From an uncultured Candidatus Binatia bacterium (GTDB taxonomy: Bacteria; Desulfobacterota; Binatia; UBA9968; JAJDTQ01), in NCBI GenBank assembly GCA_964291295.2, contig OZ219754.1:992001-1056000 (forward strand): DNA of 64,000 nt. Direction: 5' to 3'. Under the pieces are notes generated by a model. The model was not told where the DNA came from. It did no database searches and was given only the letters and a program-made list of their open reading frames with translations. The position numbers and the translations under genes are program-made. Shown here piece after piece: positions 8,999 to 17,170 of the stretch; the stretch's first letter is position 1, and each line of letters starts with the position of its first letter.

Positions 8999-11900
8999 AT
9001 GAACGAGCAGATCCCGCTACATTCCGGACAGATACTGAACGGCCCCCTGTTCAGCGAGCCGATGCGGGTGGAGACCGTGTGCGCCAACGGCGCCGGTTCC
9101 TGGGTCGCGGGCCTGGTCGGCACGCAGACGGAGCGTTTCCGCCGCGTTGCCCTGACCGCGGACGACATCGCGCGCCTCTCCATCACCGACTCCCGCCTGT
9201 CGTACGATGGCGATGGACGGCTGCTCCGGCTCGGCTTGGAGGCCCGCTCGCTCGGGATCGCCCATGAGTTCGATCCCTGCTTCGGGCTTTCCATCTCCCG
9301 GGTGGATCCGCTTCCCCATCAGCTTGAGGCCGTCTACGGGCATCTGCTCAAGCTGTCCACGGTGCGGTTTCTGCTCGCCGACGACGCCGGGGCCGGCAAG
9401 ACCATCATGGCGGGCCTGCTGGTGCGCGAGCTCAAGCTGCGCGGCCTGGCGGAACGGATCCTCGTGGTCTGCCCCGCCAATCTGACGTTCCAGTGGCAGC
9501 GCGAACTCCGGGAGAAGTTCGACGAGAAGTTCCTCGTCCTCAAGGGCAGTGACATCCGCGAGCAGTTCGGCGTCAACCAATGGATGGAGCAACCGCGGAT
9601 CATCACCTCGCTCGATCTTGCGAAACGGGATGACATTCTGCCCGGCCTGCGCCAGGTGCACTGGGATCTGGTGATCGTCGACGAGGCCCACCGCATGTCC
9701 TGGTCACCACCGGCCAGGAAGACGGCCCGCTATGCTCTCGGCGAACTGCTCCGGGACAGCACCGACCACATCCTGCTGCTGACCGCCACGCCGCACAAGG
9801 GCGACCCGCAGAACTTCACGCTGTTCCTGCAACTCCTCGACCGGGACGCCTATGCCGACGTCAAGTCCATTCGCGAGGCGATGGACCGCCGCAGGGCGCC
9901 GTTCTATCTGCGCCGCACCAAGGAGGCGATGGTCTACTTCCCGGAGCGGCAGGAAAACGGCGAGTGGCGCGCGCGGCCGGTGTTCACCCGGCGCATGCCG
10001 CGCACCGTCGGTTTCACCATCGACGGCGCCGAGTGGGAGTTGTACAGCGAGGTCACCCGGTTCGTGAAACGGCAGAGCGTTCGCGCCGCGGCTCAGGGCG
10101 ACGATCCGCGGGCGCGCGCCGTCGGCTTCCTGATGGCGTTGTACCAGCGGCGTCTCGCATCCAGCACCTGCGCCATGCGGCGCTCCCTCGAGAACCGGGC
10201 TCGACGCCTCGAAGAGGGACTGCAACGCGCCCGGACCGTGGCGAAGTCGGCGCCGCCCACCCTCCCCGATCCGGAAGAGCTGGAGGAAATGGAAGATGCC
10301 GAGCGGGCGCGTCTCGAAGCGCTGCTTGATGCCGTTACCCTGGCGGGCAATGCGGAACAGGTGCGTGAAGAGATTGCGGAGTTGACGCGGTTCGCGAAGA
10401 ATGCGCGCGCGGTCGAAGCGTCCGGCAACGAGGCCAAACTCTCCCGGCTCAGGGACATCCTGCACAAGGAGGGGTTTTTCGACCGCCCGGATCAGCGCCT
10501 GCTGCTGTTCACCGAATTCAAGGACACGCTCGACTACCTCATGGACCGGCTCAGGGCCTGGGGCTTCAGCGTCGGCTGCATCCACGGCGGCATGAAGCCC
10601 GGCTCGCGTGACGAACCGGGCTCGCGGCTCCACGCCGAACAGCAGTTCCGGGAAGGCAACATCCAGGTGCTGGTCGCCACCGAGGCGGCGGGCGAGGGCA
10701 TCAATCTCCAGTGCTGCCACATCCTCTTCAACTACGACATCCCCTGGAACCCCAACCGTCTCGAACAGCGCATGGGCCGCATCCACCGATACGGCCAGCG
10801 TCACGACTGTCTGATCTTCAACTTCGTCGCCGCCAACACCATCGAAGGCCGTGTCCTGAGCCGGCTCATGGAAAAGCTCCAGGAAATCCGGGACGCGCTT
10901 GATGACGATGCGGTGTTCAACGTGGTGGGTGAAGTTCTGCCCGCCGCCCAGGTGGAACGCGTGCTGCGGGACTACTACGCGGGCAGGCTGGGAGACGCCG
11001 ACCTCGAAGACCGCATGCTGGAGGATGTGGACGAGGTGCGGTTCCGGGCGATCTGCCAGGAGGCGCTCGAAGGTCTTGCCGCCAGGAAGCTCAATCTCGA
11101 CATGCTCGTGGAGCGCCGGGCCAGGGCTCGCGAACAGCGTGTCGTGCCGGAGAGCATCGCGCGATTCATGAAAGACTGTGCCAGGGATGCGTCGCTTGCC
11201 CTGAACCCGGTGGCAAATCTCGCGCACACGTTCGACCCGGGGCGGACACCGTCCGCGTTGAAACGGTACGAACGCGCCGATGACTGGAGGCTGCCGCAAC
11301 TTGCGGCACGCTACCCTCGCCTGTCGACGGATCGTGAAACGGCGGACGGGAAACACCTGGAATGGGTCACGCCCGGGCACCCGCTGTTCGAAGCGCTGCG
11401 CCGGCATGGCTTCGATGCCGCACGGGAGGCCTTTGCCCGAGGCGCGTGCTTCCATTCCCTGAACCATGACACGCCGGCGCGGTTCGACGTTTACCGGGCC
11501 AGAGCCGTGGACGGACTGGGGCGCACCGTTCACGAGCGGCTTTTCGCCGTCGAACTGCCGGCGGACGGCGAACCCCGGCAGCGGGAGCCCGGGTTTCTCG
11601 GTGATCTTCTGCCCGCCCGGCCGCCGGATGAACTCCCTGCCGCGGCGTCCATGCCGGAGGCTGCCGGCTGGCTCAACGAGACCGTGTTGGCGCCGTTTCT
11701 TGAAGAGGTCCGCGCGGAGCGTTCGGCCGAGGTCGAACGCGTCGCCCGGCATGTCGAGGTGTCGCTGACCGAGGTGCTGCATCGGGTCGACGCGGAGATC
11801 GGGCGCGCCGCCGAGGACGTCGAAGCGGGAAAAGCGGGCGCGGAGGGCCGTCTCGCCCAGGCCGACGAGCGCCACGCCGACGTGCTGGCGCGGCGCGACC

Positions 11901-12403
11901 GGCGTCGGGAAGAACTCCAGCGGGAATGCGCCGTCACCTTGCAAGGGGTCGAGAGGCTGGCGAGTGCCCTGATCCTGCCCCATCCCGAGCGCGAAGCGCC
12001 CGAGGTCAAGCGGCTGCGGCCGAACCTCGAGACCGAGATGACCGCCATGCGCGTGGTCATGGACTACGAGACGGCGCGGGGATGCCAAGTCTACGACGTA
12101 CACGAGAAGAACCTCGGTTACGACGTGACGAGCCTCGACCTGCGGTCCGGCGAGCTTCGCCTGATCGAGGTGAAGGGGCTCGCCGCAGCCACCGGCAGCA
12201 TCCTGCTGACGCCCAACGAGCGCCGCGTGGCCGAAGACCGCCGGGATTGCTTCTGGCTCTACGTAGTGACCGACTGCGCGAGCGAACCGACCCTGCGGGA
12301 ACCGATCCGGGACCCGGCGCGTTTCCCGTGGCAAGAGGTCACCAAGGTGCAGCACTATTGGCTTGGAGTCGATGCAATCAGTGCTGCCGGGCATGATCGA
12401 TGA
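8999..12403 (+). CDS. SNF2-family helicase with C-terminal DUF3883-like (PD-(D/E)xK) nuclease domain
   Basis: DPLPHQ, LLADDAGAGKT, IVDEAH, LLTATPH, ATEAAGEGINLQ, WNPNRLEQRMGRIHRYGQ; C-terminal GYDVTS...LIEVKG...LTPNE; start taken at ATG 8999 (MNEQIPL). Confidence 0.9.
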   Translation: MNEQIPLHSGQILNGPLFSEPMRVETVCANGAGSWVAGLVGTQTERFRRVALTADDIARLSITDSRLSYDGDGRLLRLGLEARSLGIAHEFDPCFGLSISRVDPLPHQLEAVYGHLLKLSTVRFLLADDAGAGKTIMAGLLVRELKLRGLAERILVVCPANLTFQWQRELREKFDEKFLVLKGSDIREQFGVNQWMEQPRIITSLDLAKRDDILPGLRQVHWDLVIVDEAHRMSWSPPARKTARYALGELLRDSTDHILLLTATPHKGDPQNFTLFLQLLDRDAYADVKSIREAMDRRRAPFYLRRTKEAMVYFPERQENGEWRARPVFTRRMPRTVGFTIDGAEWELYSEVTRFVKRQSVRAAAQGDDPRARAVGFLMALYQRRLASSTCAMRRSLENRARRLEEGLQRARTVAKSAPPTLPDPEELEEMEDAERARLEALLDAVTLAGNAEQVREEIAELTRFAKNARAVEASGNEAKLSRLRDILHKEGFFDRPDQRLLLFTEFKDTLDYLMDRLRAWGFSVGCIHGGMKPGSRDEPGSRLHAEQQFREGNIQVLVATEAAGEGINLQCCHILFNYDIPWNPNRLEQRMGRIHRYGQRHDCLIFNFVAANTIEGRVLSRLMEKLQEIRDALDDDAVFNVVGEVLPAAQVERVLRDYYAGRLGDADLEDRMLEDVDEVRFRAICQEALEGLAARKLNLDMLVERRARAREQRVVPESIARFMKDCARDASLALNPVANLAHTFDPGRTPSALKRYERADDWRLPQLAARYPRLSTDRETADGKHLEWVTPGHPLFEALRRHGFDAAREAFARGACFHSLNHDTPARFDVYRARAVDGLGRTVHERLFAVELPADGEPRQREPGFLGDLLPARPPDELPAAASMPEAAGWLNETVLAPFLEEVRAERSAEVERVARHVEVSLTEVLHRVDAEIGRAAEDVEAGKAGAEGRLAQADERHADVLARRDRRREELQRECAVTLQGVERLASALILPHPEREAPEVKRLRPNLETEMTAMRVVMDYETARGCQVYDVHEKNLGYDVTSLDLRSGELRLIEVKGLAAATGSILLTPNERRVAEDRRDCFWLYVVTDCASEPTLREPIRDPARFPWQEVTKVQHYWLGVDAISAAGHDR

Positions 12404-12798
12404 CCGCGAAAGTCAAACACCTGGAATTCATCCAGGGCGTGATCAACCGCCTTGCCACCGACTCGTTCCGCATCAAGGGCTGGGCCGTGGTCCTCGTATC
12501 CGCGCTTGTCGTTCTGCTTGTCCGGGAAGACCGGACCGATCTCGCCTGGATCGGCCTCGTCCCGGTGCTGGTCTTCTGGGGGCTTGACGGCTACTTCCTG
12601 TGGCAGGAAAGGCTGTTTCGCGACCTTTACGATCATGTCCGGGAGAAAGAGGGAGACGGTGCAGACTTTTCGATGGATACTTCGGCGTTTCGTCGATCCT
12701 GGCGTCGGTCCTGGATTCGCGCGGTATGGTCCATCACCCTATGTCTGTTTTATTTGGCATTGGCCATCTCGTTGGCTGTCGCTCTTTTGCTCGGCTAA
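12400..12798 (+). CDS. Small integral membrane protein (about 3 TM), TIR-associated, function unknown
   Basis: KHLEFIQGVINRLATDSFRIKGW followed by hydrophobic segments and LDGYFLWQERLFRDLYD; ATGA overlap with helicase stop. Confidence 0.8.
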   Translation: MTAKVKHLEFIQGVINRLATDSFRIKGWAVVLVSALVVLLVREDRTDLAWIGLVPVLVFWGLDGYFLWQERLFRDLYDHVREKEGDGADFSMDTSAFRRSWRRSWIRAVWSITLCLFYLALAISLAVALLLG

Positions 12799-12814
12799 TC
12801 AGGGGAGACTCAAT

Positions 12815-13321
12815 ATGACAAAACGCAGAGTGTTTTACAGCTTCCATTACGATCAGGACTCTTGGCGGGCCGCTACGGTGCGACAAATCGGGGCCATAGA
12901 GGGAAATGAGCCTGCTACCGACAATGCTTGGGAAGAGGTAAAGGGGGGAGGCGATTGGGCGATCAAGAAATGGATCACCGGACAGATGGAGGGCCGGACA
13001 TGCTGCATCGTCCTGGTGGGATCGGATACCGCCAATCGCAAATGGATCAATTACGAGATCGCCGAGGCGTGGAACAAGGGCATGGGTGTGGTTGGAATAT
13101 GCATCCATGGGTTGAAAGACAAGGATCAGTACATATCATCCAAGGGCAAAAATCCGTTCGATTTTGTTTGCCTGGAAAACCAGGGCAGAAAGTTGTCCTC
13201 CTTCGTGAAATGTTACGATCCACCGGGCAGGGACAGTCGTGAGCGCTATGGCTGGATCGCCAATCACCTCGCAAACGCGGTCGAGGAGGCTATCCGGATT
13301 CGTAGTGCGCGACAAATCTGA
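12815..13321 (+). CDS. TIR-like domain protein (DUF1863/MTH538, ThsB-like)
   Basis: MTKRRVFYSFHYDQDSWRA, CIVLVGSDTANRKWINYEI (catalytic-position Glu), GMGVVGICIH; GGGGAG RBS. Confidence 0.88.
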   Translation: MTKRRVFYSFHYDQDSWRAATVRQIGAIEGNEPATDNAWEEVKGGGDWAIKKWITGQMEGRTCCIVLVGSDTANRKWINYEIAEAWNKGMGVVGICIHGLKDKDQYISSKGKNPFDFVCLENQGRKLSSFVKCYDPPGRDSRERYGWIANHLANAVEEAIRIRSARQI

Positions 13322-13348
13322 AGTGCGGTTTATCGGTGAAGTGGATTG

Positions 13349-16300
13349 ATGATTCCTCGCAACTGCAAGCGTCTGGCGGAAGTGGACTTTCCGATCGCGG
13401 CGGTATCGCGCCACGCGGTGCGTGAGAAGTCGATCCACCACGGCCATCCCTCGACACTGCATTTGTGGTGTGCGCGGCGGCCGCTCGCCTCCTCGCGGGC
13501 CATGCTGCTGGCGCTCTTGTTGCCCGATCCCTGCGACCGCAACTGTCCGGCGGAATTCAAGGAAGCGGCGCGCAAGGTGCTGCCAACGGTCGGCGGCGGA
13601 CCATGCGAAACTGACGAGGATATCCGCCGCAGTCTGCTGAAGTTCATCGCCGACTTCGCCAACTGGGACAACAGCGCGAAACGGGTCTGGCTGGATGCGA
13701 GCCGTGCACTGGTCAGGGCCATTTATGGGGGGGGGGGGGTACGTACCGTTGGTGGTGGACCCGTTCGCCGGCGGCGGGTCGATCCCGCTGGAGGCGTTGC
13801 GGCTCGGTTGCGATGCATTCGCGAGCGACCTCAATCCGGTTGCCTGTCTCATCCTCAAGGTGATGCTTGAGGAAATTCCGCGTCACGGTCCCGAATTGGC
13901 CGACGAACTGCGCGAGGCCGGCGCCGAAATCAAGCGCCACGCCGAGCGAGAACTGACCGACCTCTATCCCGCCGATCCCGACGGCGCCACGCCGATCGCC
14001 TTTCTGTGGGCGCGCACGGTGCGTTGCGAGGCACCCGATTGCGGCGCCGAAATCCCGCTCATGCGCTCGTTCTGGTTATGTAATAAACCGAAGCGAAAAC
14101 GGGCGTTGCGGCATACCGTTGACAGGACCGAAGGCGCCTTGCCGCGGGTGAGGTTCGAGGTGTTCGAGCCCAAGTCCGAGAGCGAGGTGCGGGGCGGGAC
14201 GGTGACCCGCGCCAAGGCGACATGCCTGTGTTGCGACACCGTGCTGCCGCCGGAACGGGTGCGGGTGCAACTCGCGGCCCAACGAGGCGGTGCGGATGTG
14301 GTCTTCGACGCGGCAGGCAAACGCACGGGCGGTGCCCGCATGACCGCGGTGGTGACCCTCAGGTCCGGTCAGTCCGGGCGGCACTACCGGCTGCCGACCG
14401 ATGCGGACTACGCGGCGGTACGCAAGGCGCAGGTGTGGGCCGCCGGGATACTGGAAGAGTGGGAGCGCGGTGGGAAGCAGGGGCTGTGTCCGATTCCGGA
14501 CGAGCCATTGCCGCCCATAGGCACACTGGGTTTCCGCGTCCAGCGCTACGGGATGCTCCAGTGGGGCGACCTGTTCACCGCGCGCCAGAAGGTGGCGATT
14601 GAAATTTTGACCTCGCCAATTCGCGACAATTCGTTTTCAGGGGATCGTTCGACTCTGGACATATTGGGATTGTCATTTGGAAAGCTTCTTCGACATTGCA
14701 ATGTGCTTAGCAAATGGCACAGAGGCAGTGAGACCGTAGCCGGCTCGTTTGGGATGCAGACTCTCCCGATGTCGTGGGACTTCCCTGAAATGTACCCGAT
14801 AGTTGTTTATGCAGGTGGAATAGAAAACTGTGTCGAAGACGTCGCTTATAGTACTCGAGAAATTGTATTAGGGACGTCCGCTTTGAGGCTAGGGCTAGGA
14901 CAGACTGAGATTGTAAATTCCGTCGAGCATCCACTGCCTGACGAAACAGCCAACGTCTGGTTCACCGATCCACCCTACTACGACGCCATTCCGTATTCGG
15001 ACCTGTCCGATTTCTTTTTGGTCTGGCTCAAACGCACACTGCCTGGTAGTCCATCGCTGCGCGACCCGTTCGATCCGGATAATCCGCTTTCCCCTAAAAC
15101 AGCCGAGGCCGTCCAGGACGAAACCAAGCGAGCCAACGGCTGTCCCAAGGATCGAGAGTGGTTCGAGGAGACCATGGCGAAAGCCTTTGCCGAGGGTCGT
15201 CGCGTTCTCGCTGATGATGGGGTCGGTTCGGTGGTCTTCGCCCACAAGACCACCGAGGGTTGGGAAGCTCTGCTCTCCGGCATGATTCGGGGCGGCTGGA
15301 CCATCACGGCCTCCTGGCCGATTGCCACGGAGATGACCTCTCGCCTCCGTGCCCGGGATTCCGCCGCCCTTGCCACCAGCGTTCACCTCGTGTGCCGCCC
15401 GCGTCCGGACGATGCTCCGGTCGGTGAGTGGGCCGAGGTGCTACGGGAACTGCCCTTGCGTGTCGCGGACTGGATGGAGCGCCTGCAGGGCGAGGGTGTG
15501 CGTGGTGCCGATCTTGTCTTTGCCTGTATCGGCCCGGCTCTCGAAATCTTCAGCCGTTACGGTACTGTCGAGACCGCCGAAGGCCGAGTGGTCGGACTGC
15601 CGGATTACCTGGAAAAGGTCTGGGAGGTGGTGGGCCGCGCTGCGCTCGAACAGGTGTTGGGCACGGCGGAGAGCACCGCGCGAAACGGCATGGCCGGAGC
15701 GCTGGAGGAGGACGCCCGCCTGACCGCGCTCTTTCTGTGGGCGCTTCAGAGCACGGAGGATCATGACCGTGCCGGTACGACATACGCTATACTTGATGAA
15801 TGGTCGATGGATGGCGGAAACTCGGTGGTAAGGGATGCACCTGCGCAACCCGAACCGACCGACGAAGAGGACGAGGCCGCAGCCGGGGCGACCGCCAAGG
15901 GATTCTTACTTCCCTACGATGTGGTGCGGCGGTTCTCCCAGCCCATGGGTATCGACCTCAAACGGTGGACAGGCCGGGTGATTGCCCAGAAAAAGGGCGT
16001 GGTGCGCCTGCTGCCGGTTGCGGAGCGGGCCGCGGCGTTGTTTGGCGCGGACGGTGCCGAAAGCGCAGCGGATTGGATCGAAACCGGCGCCAACACCGGT
16101 GGGCAGATGACACTGCCGGAAATGCAGCCCGAGCCGCATACCTCGCCGGGGCGGCGTCCCGGCGGCATCCGACTCGACATGGATGCCGTCCCGCAGTCGC
16201 CGGACAGCACGGCGCTCGACCGTGTGCACACCGCGATGCTGCTGCAGGCCGGTGGCCATGCGAATGCCCTGCGGACACTGATCGTTGCCGAGCAGAAAGA

Positions 16301-16406
16301 GGGGCCGGACTTCCTGCGCCTCTCGAATGCGCTGTCCGCGCTCTATCCGCGCGGCAGCCGCGAGAAGCGGCTATTGGACGCCATGCTCTTGGCCGTGCCG
16401 AGGTAG
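13349..16406 (+). pseudogene. DUF1156 adenine-specific DNA methyltransferase, frameshifted at a G13 tract (possibly phase-variable)
   Basis: N-terminal ORF (KRLAEVDFPI...HLWCARRPLA) and C-terminal ORF (DPFAGGGSIPLEA...TDPPYYD) are in different frames and join at G13 13727-13739; G12 restores one ORF. Confidence 0.85.
13727..13739. repeat. G13 homopolymer tract
   Basis: atttat-ggggggggggggg-tacgta read directly. Confidence 0.9.
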
Positions 16407-16532
16407 CGCCATGATGTTTGGACCCAACACGTGGCAGTCCGGCGATAACCTGCGCCCCTCAGACCGGCGGGGCTGATCGGTTGGCGCCTCTCAACCAGCC
16501 GAAGCGACGAAACTGAACCAAAGGAGACTGAC

Positions 16533-16799
16533 ATGACCGGCATCACCGAAGAGACCGAACTGCTGGCCCGCATCACCGTGCGCCCCGATGTTTTCGGCGG
16601 CAAGCCGATCATCCGTGACATGCGGTTTGCCGTGGAGCATGTTCTGGGAAAGCTGGCGGCGGGAGACAGCGTGGAGACCCTGCTCAGCGAGTATCCGTTT
16701 CTCGAACCCGAGGACATCCGCGCCTGCCTGCTGTTTGCGTACCTCTCGGTAGTCGGTGAACGTGTGCATGAGCGCATCGCCATTCGAGAGGCTTCGTGA
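16533..16799 (+). CDS. DUF433 family antitoxin
   Basis: RITVRPDVFGGKPIIRDMRFAVEHVL...EYPFLEPEDIRACL; AAGGAG RBS. Confidence 0.9.
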   Translation: MTGITEETELLARITVRPDVFGGKPIIRDMRFAVEHVLGKLAAGDSVETLLSEYPFLEPEDIRACLLFAYLSVVGERVHERIAIREAS

Positions 16800-17170
16800 A
16801 GTTTTTCCTTGATGTCTGCGTGGCATCGCGCATCTTGCACCGGACACTGGTCGATCTCGGGCACGACGTGCTTTCTGCCCGCGATGTGGATGCGAACGCC
16901 TCGGACGAGGCACTGCTCGCCATCGCCTGCCGCGAGGGCCGGGTACTTGTCACCGAGGACAAGGACTTTGGCGAGCTTGTCTTTCTGCGTGGCCTGCCGC
17001 ATCCGTGCATCGTTCGGTTCGATGGATTGACGGCTGTGGCGGAAGCGGACGCCCTGCGGAAACTCATCGAGCACCATGCGGACGCCATGCGTGAAGGTGC
17101 GATCCTTGTGGTGACCGGGGAGCGCGTGCGGACACGGTCGGCGAGAGATGTCGAGCACGGCAATGACTAG
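16796..17170 (+). CDS. DUF5615 PIN-like toxin
   Basis: KFFLDVCV...GHDV...SDEALL...EGRVLVTEDKDFGEL; GTGA overlap with DUF433 gene. Confidence 0.88.
   Translation: MKFFLDVCVASRILHRTLVDLGHDVLSARDVDANASDEALLAIACREGRVLVTEDKDFGELVFLRGLPHPCIVRFDGLTAVAEADALRKLIEHHADAMREGAILVVTGERVRTRSARDVEHGND

Noticed and set aside
12815-13321. Canonical Thoeris system
   Set aside because: No SIR2-SLOG or TM-Macro ThsA gene in the window; kept as a non-canonical TIR+TM finding.
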